Shown here: piece by piece, positions 22,023-32,149 of the stretch
How positions within the stretch are numbered: position 1 is the first letter of the stretch
Layout: every line of letters starts with the position of its first letter
NCBI GenBank assembly: GCA_964187785.1
Contig: OZ076415.1
Coordinates: 46,376,001 to 46,440,000, forward strand
DNA from: Amphiscolops sp. MND2022
Lineage: Eukaryota
Reading direction: 5' to 3'
Length of the DNA: 64,000 nucleotides
Made by a program: the position numbers and the translations under genes
Notes under the pieces: generated by a model
What the model saw: the letters and a program-made list of their open reading frames with translations, nothing else
Database searches by the model: none
What the model was told of the DNA's origin: nothing

Positions 22023-25000
22023 ATGAAGATCAAACCACCCGACTTGCCATCAAATCCTTCTCCCGAGAAACGGAAATGGCGGAAGAAATGTTTCGAGGAC
22101 GGCTTACGCATCAATGGCACAACCGAAGATGCTGACAAATTAGTTTTTCTTCGTTCATTTGTCGGCTCCGACTATTTCACTCTCCTCGAAAGCTCTGCAA
22201 CGTTTGCAGACGCCCTGAGAACATTGGACAGACAGTTTCTGAAGCCCACAAGAGTGCTCTTTGCCCGTCATCAAATGCTCAGTGCCAGTCAAAAGGACGA
22301 CGAATCTATCGTACAATTTCCAGGAAGGCTGAAAAGTCTTGCTGAAGACTGCGAATGCACCAGCTTGACCGTCCAAGCACATAAAGACTATCTAGTACGA
22401 GACGCTTTAATATCAGGGCTCAGGTCTGACGACATTCGGGCAAGACTATTGGAACTGGAAGTCTCCAAGGCCGACATTGATAGCTGCATATCGCTTGCTT
22501 GTGCTATCGAACTATCCAGTGACTTTTCCAAATCTTTCAGAAGTGCCGAATCTTCAACTGTAGCAGCAACCAAGCCGTTCTCCCAGACAACTCGACGGCA
22601 ACCTGATCGGCCCGGCAACTCCGCTACCCAACAGGTTTCGAACAAGCCTCGTCCACGCTGTCAGTTCTGCGGTCTAAAACAGCATCCACGCTCAAAGTGC
22701 CCAGCCAAAAAGGACACTTGTCACAAATGCTCGAAAGCAGGACACTGGGCTTCGGTATGTAGGTCGACCGCTGCTGTCTTACAACAGTCATCTGATGATG
22801 AACCCGAGACTGCCGCCGTTTTGTGCAGTACTGGCATATCCCCTGCCACTCTGAATGTCAGCCTCAAATTTGCCGGAAGCAATGAACAAGTTCAAGCAAT
22901 GATTGATACCGGGTCCCCGGGCTCCTTTATCAGCGCCTCAACAGCTGCCAAATATGGCCTGAATATCCGCGCTAAGCGCAAGGTCACTGCCTTGGCAAAT
23001 AGCGACTCTCTGATTACGTCAGGCACCGCTAAAGCTAAAATTGAGGTAAACCAAAAGACCTACCAAGTTCTCTTCACTGTCGCAAAACACCTCGTTGCGG
23101 ATGTTATTCTCGGGCTTGACGTTCTCCGACAACATCACTCTGTGAGACTGGAATTAGGCGGTGATCGACCAGAGACGGTTATATCTGCCGGGCTCAAGGA
23201 ATTGGAGTTCCCGGCGATGAAAATTGCCCCTCCGACCATACTTTCCAAAACAGTTTATAGTGCCAAACCGATTGCTACAAAATCGCGTCGTCACAAACCG
23301 CAAGACGTCGCCTTCATGGAGTCAGAAGTTAACCGAATGCTCGCTGAAGGCATAATCCAAGTTTCCACGTCTCCCTGGCGGGCTCAAGCCTTTGTCGTTA
23401 GGGACGGACCCAAGCCACGGATGGTGATCGACTATTCTCAGACAATTAATTGTCATACGTCCAAAGACGCCTTCCCCTTTCCAAATATGCAAGACCTGCT
23501 TGACAAAGCAGCCGCGAACACTACTTTTTCGAAAATCGATTTGAAGTCTGCGTGTCATCAAATCCCCCTCCATCGCAAGGACATGTCATTCACCGCGTTT
23601 GAAGTGAACGGACGACTTTTTGAGTTCACAAGACTTTCCTTTGGCGTCACGAACGCTGTAGCCGCATTTCAACGAGAAATGACAGCCTTTGTACGCCGGC
23701 ACAACCTGAAGCGAACGCACCCATATCTTGACGATGTGATCATCGGAGGCAGATCCGAGGAGGAACACCAAGAAAATCTGAAGAACTTCCTGAAAGCGGC
23801 CGAGATTAAGGGTCTGACACTGAACAAAGCTAAATGCGTTTTTGGCTGTAAGACAGTACCAATGCTCGGTCACATTGTGGGAGCTGGATCCAAACGCCCC
23901 GATCCGAGCCGAATCAAGACACTGATGGATTTCCCTATCACCGAAAACTCGTCACAGTTGAAACGCCTTCTTGGGTTCTTTGCGTACAACGCAAAGTGGA
24001 TTGCAGACTACTCAAATAAGGTTGCTCCCCTGCTCGCAGCACAGAAACAACTGGCCTTTCCGCTCAACCAAGCTTCTCGGCTAGCTATCGCAACTCTCAA
24101 GAAAGAAGTTGCCTCTGCCGTACTCTGGCTGCCCCGGGCAAACGAGCCTCTCGTTCTCCAAACCGATGCATCCGGGACCGGTATCGGAGCGACACTCACT
24201 CAAAACGACAAACTTGTCCGTTTCTTCTCGAGAACTCTTAAACATAGCGAAATGGCGTACTCGGTGGTTGAACGGGAAGTTATGGCTATCTTGGAAGGCT
24301 TCCGCCGTTTCTCAGACCTGTTACGGACGTCACGGGTTCTAGTTCGCACCGATCAAAAGGCCCTCTCCTTCATATTTGGACCCAACTCTTCCAGAGTGAA
24401 GAATGACAAACTGATTCGCTGGCGCCTGGAACTTTCGGAATACAACTTCGAGATAAGCTACCAGAGAGGTTGTCAGAACGTGTTAGCTGACGCCTTGTCT
24501 CGATTAGCGTTCCTACAGCCCAGCTGTAAAACCCTACACGAGACACTTGCGCATCCAGGAGTGACCCGACTGTACGAATACATTCAAAGACACAAAGTCC
24601 CAATATCTTTAGATGAGGCGAAAAAGGTTACCGAAAACTGCAAAACGTGCGCTCTATGGAAACCGTGCTTTTTGCGACCCCCCGGAAGCGATCTTATTCG
24701 ATCCTCCAAACCTTGGGAGCGACTATCAATCGACATTGTTGGCCCCAAACCAATAACTAGAAACAAAAACCAATACCTTCTCACAGTGGTGGATGAGTTT
24801 AGTAGGTTTCCCTTCGCCTTCCCTCTCCGGAACATCACGTCTAGTAGCGTCATCAAGTGTCTTTCAACGCTTTTCGCCATCTTCGGAACACCTGGGTTCA
24901 TTCACTCTGACCGGGGCACACAGTTCGTCTCATCGGAATTCCAAAACTTCTGCCGCCAAAATGGAGTTTCGACCTCCAAAACTACGCCCTACCACCCCCA

Positions 25001-25637
25001 GGGCAATGGCCAAAACGAGCGCTACAACGGAATTGTGTGGAAAGCAGTTCAGTGCCTGCTACACTCCACAAACCGCCCACTAACTGACTGGGAAAGTGTC
25101 CTACCATCAGCGCTCTCGTCGATTCGGACACTTATCAATACCGTCACCAAGGAGAGCCCTCATGATCGCTTCTTCTGTTTCAAACGCGGCGAGCCGCTGA
25201 TCCGTCCCTCCAGTAGCGCACCTTGGCTCAGAGCAGACGCTCCCGCGTACCTCCGGAAATTTGTAAGGGCGAAAGACCAAGCTCCCGTTGTGCCTGTACA
25301 GATATCCGAAGTCATCTCCCCTCACCTTGCACGAGTCTCCTTTGGCGATGGGCGAGCTGACACTGTTTCTACAAGTGACCTCTCTCGACGACCGCCGGAT
25401 ATTGACAATGAAGGAACGACCTCACAACCAGGAGGTCAATACGAAGACAAGGAGACCGATGTAGACATCAGAACATCGGGTCACGACATCAGAACCGAAG
25501 GTGAACCACGTGAATCTGTGGAACCAATAAAGGAATCTCAATTCAGTCCGGACTCTCCCGCTCCCACCTTGCGACGCTCGGCTAGGAACAGGAAACCTCC
25601 TACATACCTAAGGGACTTTGTGTCGGCTATGAACTAG
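22023..25637 (+). CDS. gag-pol: Single-ORF Gag-Pol polyprotein (1204 aa)
   Basis: CHKCSKAGHWASVC zinc knuckle, MIDTGS protease, YLDD RT, TDAS RNase H, HETLAH/CKTC, DIVGP, SDRGTQF and NGQNER integrase motifs. No stops. Confidence 0.95.
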   Translation: MKIKPPDLPSNPSPEKRKWRKKCFEDGLRINGTTEDADKLVFLRSFVGSDYFTLLESSATFADALRTLDRQFLKPTRVLFARHQMLSASQKDDESIVQFPGRLKSLAEDCECTSLTVQAHKDYLVRDALISGLRSDDIRARLLELEVSKADIDSCISLACAIELSSDFSKSFRSAESSTVAATKPFSQTTRRQPDRPGNSATQQVSNKPRPRCQFCGLKQHPRSKCPAKKDTCHKCSKAGHWASVCRSTAAVLQQSSDDEPETAAVLCSTGISPATLNVSLKFAGSNEQVQAMIDTGSPGSFISASTAAKYGLNIRAKRKVTALANSDSLITSGTAKAKIEVNQKTYQVLFTVAKHLVADVILGLDVLRQHHSVRLELGGDRPETVISAGLKELEFPAMKIAPPTILSKTVYSAKPIATKSRRHKPQDVAFMESEVNRMLAEGIIQVSTSPWRAQAFVVRDGPKPRMVIDYSQTINCHTSKDAFPFPNMQDLLDKAAANTTFSKIDLKSACHQIPLHRKDMSFTAFEVNGRLFEFTRLSFGVTNAVAAFQREMTAFVRRHNLKRTHPYLDDVIIGGRSEEEHQENLKNFLKAAEIKGLTLNKAKCVFGCKTVPMLGHIVGAGSKRPDPSRIKTLMDFPITENSSQLKRLLGFFAYNAKWIADYSNKVAPLLAAQKQLAFPLNQASRLAIATLKKEVASAVLWLPRANEPLVLQTDASGTGIGATLTQNDKLVRFFSRTLKHSEMAYSVVEREVMAILEGFRRFSDLLRTSRVLVRTDQKALSFIFGPNSSRVKNDKLIRWRLELSEYNFEISYQRGCQNVLADALSRLAFLQPSCKTLHETLAHPGVTRLYEYIQRHKVPISLDEAKKVTENCKTCALWKPCFLRPPGSDLIRSSKPWERLSIDIVGPKPITRNKNQYLLTVVDEFSRFPFAFPLRNITSSSVIKCLSTLFAIFGTPGFIHSDRGTQFVSSEFQNFCRQNGVSTSKTTPYHPQGNGQNERYNGIVWKAVQCLLHSTNRPLTDWESVLPSALSSIRTLINTVTKESPHDRFFCFKRGEPLIRPSSSAPWLRADAPAYLRKFVRAKDQAPVVPVQISEVISPHLARVSFGDGRADTVSTSDLSRRPPDIDNEGTTSQPGGQYEDKETDVDIRTSGHDIRTEGEPRESVEPIKESQFSPDSPAPTLRRSARNRKPPTYLRDFVSAMN

Positions 25638-25659
25638 AGACTTTCGAAGCGGGAAGGAG

Positions 25660-25785
25660 TGTTATGAATGTAATATATATATGTAGTTATTAATACTGTT
25701 ATATAATGTCGTTGTGTTATTTATGTTAACCTAATTGTTGTATGTATACTTCATATGAATGCTTATCGAATAGAAACTTCCTGCA
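25660..25785 (+). repeat. Short 3' LTR (~126 bp) of the nested Gypsy
   Basis: Begins TG directly after the PPT. AT-rich, with AATAGA near the end, ending in CA at the host junction. Confidence 0.65.
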
Positions 25786-25841
25786 AGTGGATCTTGCTGT
25801 AAGATAGTTTCAGAGTGGATCTTGCTGTAAGATAGTTTCAG
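25786..25841 (+). repeat. 28-bp tandem duplication of host pol at the insertion junction
   Basis: agtggatcttgctgtaagatagtttcag occurs at 25786-25813 and 25814-25841. Confidence 0.95.
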
Positions 25842-28800
25842 AGTATTCTTCCTTTTGTAATTTGAGGCGTAGTTGTTGTAATGTGATGTCATTGTTTTGT
25901 TCAATAGCCATGGTGATTGGTTTCGCTAGTTTTTGCAAGGTTGGAGTTTGGGTTTGGGTACTTTTATGTATACTGAGTTTGTCCAATGAAATGTCAGGTA
26001 GTTGATTTGTAGGATTTGACCTGGCCTCCTTTTTTTGTTGCCATAATTGTTCCTCGGTTTCTTCGTCGTCGTCTGGATAGAATATCTGGTCCTCTTCGGT
26101 TACTCCCGCTGATTGGACATTGAGTTCGATGGGTGTGGTTGGAATGTCCTCTCGTATGCGGAGGACGAGTTTTTCTTTAGGACAGCTTTCAAGACGAGAC
26201 AGATAATCTGCAGCGGTGTTGTTTTTCCCTGGTATATGGGCAATCGTGAAGCTGAACTGAATAACGTAGTCACACGCGTTCCATAGCGTTGGTGGAATGA
26301 TATTTGTCTGAAAAAAGCGAGTGACTGATTTGTTGTCTGTTAGAATGATCACCGGTGCCGGACCCCCAAAAGTTGTGTCCAAATTCCTTGAAGGGAAAAA
26401 ATATCGCTAAGAATTCTTTCGCATATATGGACATTTTCAGTTGGGCGGGACTAAAGGTCTTGGATCCATATGCTACTGGTGCAAAGGCTTTTCGCGTTGA
26501 ACTATATTTTTCCATTGGATCATCCTCGATGATAACTGCATAACCTGCTGCCGAAAAACTAGCATCAGTCATCAGGGCTCTCTGTACGTTGGGCAGAGGT
26601 TGTTTGAGTGCGAGTTCACAACATCGGTCAAGAGCTTTGTTGATTTCGGTGAATTGTTCTAACAGTTCGGGAGTCACCATGACTTTGGCATCATTTTTCA
26701 ACAGTTTAAAGAATGGTGCAAGTTTTTCAGAGAGCCTTGGGATGTAATTGCGGTAGTAGTTTAGAAAACCCAAATATCGTTGAAGTGCTTTTTTGGATTT
26801 TGGAAATTTCGTTTTATCCAGAAAGTTTTGGACCCTGGGTCGTTGTGGCCGCACTTCCTCAGGAGTGATGGTACGTCCCAGGAAGTCAATTTCTTTGGCT
26901 CCGAAGTGACATTTATGCATCGTTAATTTGAGACTCGCGGTCCTGATGCACTCGAAGGTTGCTCGCAAGTTGTTGATGAATTGAGTGACACTGTTGGCGG
27001 CAATACCAATGTCATCGACATACTGAGCACATTGGTCCGCTTTAATCACTTTATCCAGGTATTCACGCATAAAACTTGGGAAAGCTGATAGGGCTCGACT
27101 TGAACCTTGCGCAAGTCGGCGATGGGCAAAGGTTCTGCTGGCGAAATTGAACGCCAACATCTCTATGGACCTTTGGTCAGCCATCTGCAGACAGTGGTAT
27201 GCCTGAGAACAGTCGAGCTTGCAAAATAATCGCTTGCCTGCCATGTGTTGCGCTGCATCCGTTAATGTACTGACAGGATGGTTGTTGTTGATATAATCGT
27301 CGGAAATCAAATTGTTGATTTTCCGGAGTTCGACCAAAAAACGTAATTTGCCATTATGTTTTTTCTGAGCAAAAATGGGACTTGCATATTTGGAAAACGG
27401 AAGCGTTGTTATGATCCCATAGCGGTGGAGTAGCGCTAATTCTACAAGAATGTCCTCATTGAGGTTGATAGGGGTAGGTAAGCTTTGACTATAGGCAGGA
27501 GAGTCGTCTTTAGGGGTCAATGTGACCTTGAAGTCCTCGTTCATACCTATATCAAAGCGGTGCCTTGCAAAAATGTCGTGAAATTCGACAAGTAATTCTT
27601 CGATTTGGGCAATTTCAGCTGAATTTTGCGTCGAGTCAGTCCAGTCAAAGTTAGCAAGAAACTGTTTCCTAGACTCAAGGTTATCCTGAGGGTTCAGTTT
27701 TTCTAAGTCCTGGAGGTTTCGTAATTCCCTTAGGATTCTTTGTTGTATGGGTGTATGGGTTTGAGGGTCCCCTGGTTCCTCTGGAGTCGGGAACCAATAG
27801 TTCTCACTGTCTTCGCTAGTTTTCGGGGATTTATTGAGGCTACTGGCATAGTATGCAGCATTTTCCGGATTATCTTTCAAAAAGTGCCAGGTGGTCACCG
27901 GGTCGATGGGTTTGACATATTTCAATTGTTCTGGTGTGAGAACAGAGAAATTGGCAATGTGCGAACCTCTTTTGATGGTATAAGGCTGGTCAGTGAAATT
28001 GTTGACATGGATCGATACCTGACCTTGGGTCAGTGTGACGAGACCAGCGCAGAAGGTTATGTCACCATCTTCTGCAAGGTCATTGCTCGGTTGAAGAATT
28101 CCAATGACTTTTGTGTCGTCATACAGTTGTGAGGACATGGAGACCATATGTCTGTCGTTGGGGGGAATAGTTATATCCTCCCGTGCACAGATAGGTTCCA
28201 TGACATTGGTATACTTGTGATCAGCTGTTTTTAATTGCATGGAAAAGAATGGGAAGTTTAGGACTCCCTGTCGCATATCCAATATGGTATTGTTCCGTTG
28301 CAGGAACGAGAGACCAATTAGCGGACTTGTAAGTTTTTCCATAACAATGAAGATCTCGTAGAAATCGATGTCCCCGGCCTCGAATTTGAGATCAACGGTG
28401 CTCTTTGGATTCTCCAGCTGTCCGTTAGCTACCATAATTTGGAAGTTGGGTGGTGGGCTCTCTTTAATTATCGACTTGTGGGCTAGTAATCGGATTTTAC
28501 GTAGATCAGCTTCTGGGATCGCGCTAGATAGGACTCCCGTGTCTACAAGGCCATCTAATGTTAGTTCGCCAAGATCCATTGGGAAGTAGAGCATGCGTCG
28601 TTTATATTTGAGCCCCAAGATAATTGTCAACGGTACATAGTCAGGTTCACCATTTCGTGAGATCAGCGTGTTCACATAGCGCTCTTCCACTGTTGTCGTC
28701 AATGTGACCAAAGGTCCATTGTGTGGAAGTTCTTCTGTGATTTCCCCCTGGATTGCTGAATGGGTAATAATCCGCACATTTTGCCAGGGGTCAACAGAGG

Positions 28801-29197
28801 CCAAGGATAATTTTGTGCTCAGCAGCTGATCAATTTGGGGTTGATCAGGTTCGATATCTGCAGTGTTTTTGGTGAAGTCCTTGTAGAAGTGTAGATGATG
28901 TTGGTTGTAGATTTGAACGTCCCAATAGGGGTCGAAACTGAAGTCTGGATCGGGATAATAGGGGTTATAGTTATCTATGAGGGGAAGAGTGCGAAAAGTC
29001 GTAGTGTTAGAGTGCTGTCTGTTGGACTGAAGGTCCAAATTGTGTAAATTGGTAGGAATTTGTTTCACCTGCTGCTGCCAGTCAGCTGATGAATTTTCTT
29101 TAATGGAGGAGTAAAATTCTGTATAATAGATAGTAGGAGGGTCAGATATTGTATATTGTCTGACGCGTAGTTTTTCATTAATCTGGAGTCGTGGCAA
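25786..29197 (-). pseudogene. pol: pol of the giant element: protease, RT, RNase H (frameshifted)
   Basis: LVDTG protease, KLDCSQAY and QYVDD RT, TDASFSAAG and KEFLAI RNase H, HIPGKNNTAADYLSR. Confidence 0.95.
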
Positions 29198-29258
29198 ATC
29201 TAGTTTTTTGAAATTTTTAGAATGGAAGTAGTGGGTTTGTTATTGGAGTCATCTTGAC

Positions 29259-30992
29259 TCATGGGAGTTTCCGCGGTTTTGGAATTATCCAATTTGAGGT
29301 TTTTGGGCTTGAGGTGGGCTCCAGCGCCTTTCCAACACCGTTCCGCCGGGTGATTCGTTTTGTCGCAAGTTGGACATTTGGGATATTCTTTCCTCGTATC
29401 CTGCCCACCATTGCGCTTTTGTTCCTCCTTTCTCTTGAGTTTTCGACAGTCATCTTTGACATGCCCCGGTTTTTTGCAATAGTTACAAGTGATCTTCGGG
29501 TCAATGCCAGATGAAAGGAGGCCAGTTGCCGGTCGTGTTGCTGTGGGGCAGTGGACATTGTGGGGACATGAATGTCGTCACCTTCCTCAAGTCCATTCAA
29601 TTCTAATTCTCGTTCGAGATGTGTGACAATCTCTTCATACGTTGCGTCTTCGAGTCGCGCCATATTGACGTAACGTTTCAGTTTGGGTGGTAGTTTAGCA
29701 TAAAGCAAACTGTCGATCATTGCTTGGGCATGTTCCCCGAAAGCTTTTTCAGGACCTTGGTTGAGTTCTTCAAGGAAATCAGGCAATTTCATAGTATTCG
29801 GATCAATTACCAGTTTGTGCCATTTGTGTTTGGCGGTTGTCTGAGACTCGGGTTTGACATATTTCCTACGGAAGACTGCTAGTATGTCCTCTAGGGTTTG
29901 TCTGTTGGCTGAATTGATGTTGCGAAAGGTCTGTAGCGAGCTTTTGCGCAACAGTGAGTGAAAATGAGTGATTTTCATCGTTTCCGTCATGTCCGGTTGC
30001 ATCTTTATCATCGTGTGAAAAAGATCTTCGAACAGTTCGAACTTTTCAGATTTACCGTCAAACGTCAGTGTGGCCCTACTGACTGGGCGTAACATCAGAG
30101 TTTGTGATGGCTGTTTGTTGTTCATCCCCATAATGACATCTGCAAGACAGTTAATGGGGTCAACTGGAGGTTCGTGGGGCGTCTCCTGATTGTTAATTTG
30201 ATTTGGATTTTGCTGGGCTGGGAGGGTTGTTTCCAGCGTATCGTCATTGCTAGGATTTTGAAGAGGAATGGTGTTTCGGGATTGCATGGGCCATCCGGTC
30301 AGGAATTCTGGGACCAAATGTGGGGTAAGGTTGGCTCCTGTCACCATGTCGTAACCATCATCATCACTTTGTTCGAAAGCTACTAAATTCTCCCTACGGT
30401 GATTACTCTGGTTACTGGAAGTTGCAATTAATTTGGGAAAGTTCTCACCTAAGTCCTGGACCTGTTGGCAAAATTTAGTTTTATGCCGTCCATGTGACTC
30501 AAGGTCCGAATTTTGAGTCATTTGGATATTTCTATCCGGATGCCGTCCATCTGACCGAAGGTCCCATTTTGTATTTTTGGCCTCCCTATTGCTTGTAATC
30601 ACATTTTCAATGTTCGGCAATATCTTTTCCTCGATTGCTGAGTTAATAACCTCCAAAATATGAGAATTTAGGTCTGATTTCATTTCTTCTATTTTCCTTG
30701 ACATTTGTGATGAAATTTCCGAGTTTATCATTCTACTAGTTTCTACAGTAATTTCACTGTTTTCACTCAAATTAGTGTTTAAGAGTGATCTATAGTTTCC
30801 CTCATTTTGGTCTAAATCCTGTTGCCGTCTCCTTGACTCAGGGTCAATTTCTATCTGATCAACGGCTTCTTGCTCTCTAATTTCACTATTGGTGTAATTC
30901 CCTAACATAACGTCTAAGTTTTCTATATCAGACAACACGCCTGATTGCCTTGAGCGCTTCTCTCTAGCTTTTTGCTTTCTTGTCGAAGGCAT
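29259..30992 (-). CDS. gag: gag of the giant element; likely ATG at 30992 inside the 5' LTR (ORF open from 31085)
   Basis: Capsid-like TFDGKSEKFELFEDLF...FHSLLR...RKYVKPES. Upstream of pol. C-terminal zinc-knuckle region appears frameshifted. Confidence 0.85.
   Translation of the reverse strand: MPSTRKQKAREKRSRQSGVLSDIENLDVMLGNYTNSEIREQEAVDQIEIDPESRRRQQDLDQNEGNYRSLLNTNLSENSEITVETSRMINSEISSQMSRKIEEMKSDLNSHILEVINSAIEEKILPNIENVITSNREAKNTKWDLRSDGRHPDRNIQMTQNSDLESHGRHKTKFCQQVQDLGENFPKLIATSSNQSNHRRENLVAFEQSDDDGYDMVTGANLTPHLVPEFLTGWPMQSRNTIPLQNPSNDDTLETTLPAQQNPNQINNQETPHEPPVDPINCLADVIMGMNNKQPSQTLMLRPVSRATLTFDGKSEKFELFEDLFHTMIKMQPDMTETMKITHFHSLLRKSSLQTFRNINSANRQTLEDILAVFRRKYVKPESQTTAKHKWHKLVIDPNTMKLPDFLEELNQGPEKAFGEHAQAMIDSLLYAKLPPKLKRYVNMARLEDATYEEIVTHLERELELNGLEEGDDIHVPTMSTAPQQHDRQLASFHLALTRRSLVTIAKNRGMSKMTVENSRERRNKSAMVGRIRGKNIPNVQLATKRITRRNGVGKALEPTSSPKTSNWIIPKPRKLP
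30333..30346 (-). promoter_or_regulatory. Primer-binding site
   Basis: TGGTGACAGGAGCC immediately follows the LTR end ...GGTTACGACA. TGG complements a tRNA CCA end. The priming tRNA was not identified. Confidence 0.8.
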
Positions 30993-31766
30993 TTCAATGA
31001 GAGATTTTGAGGTTTCAACAATGATTTGAATAATGTGGTATCGTGAACAATATGGTTGTATTCGTATTTTTGAATGAATCATCATTACTGGAAATTCGCA
31101 TTTATATAGTAGCTACAGCATGACACTCGATATTTAGGGTGTTATGTACCAAAAATTCCCGTGGTGTCATTGCTTAGAATAGCGCCGTCTTGAGTGTTAC
31201 TAAAAATAGCAAAAAGGGTCAAATGAACCGTACGTCACTTGCTTTATGATCTATAAATAGAAGCAACAATGAACAATATATAATATTTACATGACAACAA
31301 TAACATTTCATGCAATTAGAACGATATTGAGCTAAATGGACCGATGGTCCAAGTGGCGGCAGTAAAATACTAGTAACTGCGATTGGATTGGCTAATGTTG
31401 ATTTGGACAACGCGTCAACTTGACGGCAGCGCTGTACCAGTTGAACGCGTTTCCTACTTTATTGACAGTTTACATTAGCTCAGAATTATTTCTAATTCAA
31501 TAACAACGACAAACAATTAGCTACACGTTAGTTTACTAGTACACAACAGGTGGAATATAATATAAATAGTACCATGTATTGTTAAATAACAATGTATGCA
31601 CAAGTAAACACTTGCCGTCAAGTTGACCTTAGGTCAACAATTGTAATTAAATTGCTCATAATGATCAGATTATGCATCATATCAGTAAAATATCAAAATA
31701 TATATTTGAATGAAATTGTTTCTGAGTGTTTTAAGTCCCTTTTATATGGGTAGTACGCCTGCGACA
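30347..31766 (-). repeat. 5' LTR (1420 bp) with a ~67-bp deletion near its outer end
   Basis: Direct repeat of 8133-9625. The sequence equivalent to 9549-9615 is absent. Confidence 0.92.
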
Positions 31767-32148
31767 CCCGACGAGACCAAGGGGTCCCCCTTTTCAAAGT
31801 TTTTTCGGTACTGTGCGACTTTTTTGAAAATATTTTAAGATCTCAAAAGGTCCCCTTCGAGTTTTTCGATAGTTTGCAACAGAAAGTATGTTATTAAATC
31901 CCAAAATGTCCCCCTTTTTTCCGGCGCTATGCAACATTTTCTGAAGTTTTTTTCACAAAAAGCTTCTTTTGTTCCCAGTTGGGGAAAAATTGGTTTCCGA
32001 GTCTTATCGAGCTTGAAAGGCACCCTTTGCGTGTCTTGAAACTGTTTTTTGAGGTTTTCATAAATGCGTCCTGGGCATGTTTTAAAAACGTTTTTTGAGC
32101 GCCGTTACTTAGATTTAGCGCCGACATTAGAAATTCTCGTCTTGATCT
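31767..32148 (+). repeat. Right part of the interrupted interspersed repeat
   Basis: Body motif ttttcggtactgtgcgact and terminal tagcgccgac...ctcgtcttg, as at 42610-42909. Confidence 0.7.
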
Positions 32149-32149
32149 T

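Larger units (their letters stand above)
21555..25785 (+). mobile_element. Nested Ty3/Gypsy element in opposite orientation, 3' LTR only
   Basis: Interrupts the host pol between QQDP and RHRHYCRQ. PPT GAAGCGGGAAGGAG at ~25646-25659, then TGTT...CA at 25660-25785. No matching 5' LTR. Confidence 0.85.
8133..31766 (-). mobile_element. Full-length giant Ty3/Gypsy LTR retrotransposon with ~10 kb of 3' cargo
   Basis: Paired LTRs 8133-9625 and 30347-31766 with TGTCG...CGACA termini. 5-bp TSD CCCGA at 8128-8132 and 31767-31771. PBS and PPT correctly placed. Domain order gag-PR-RT-RH-IN. Confidence 0.93.
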
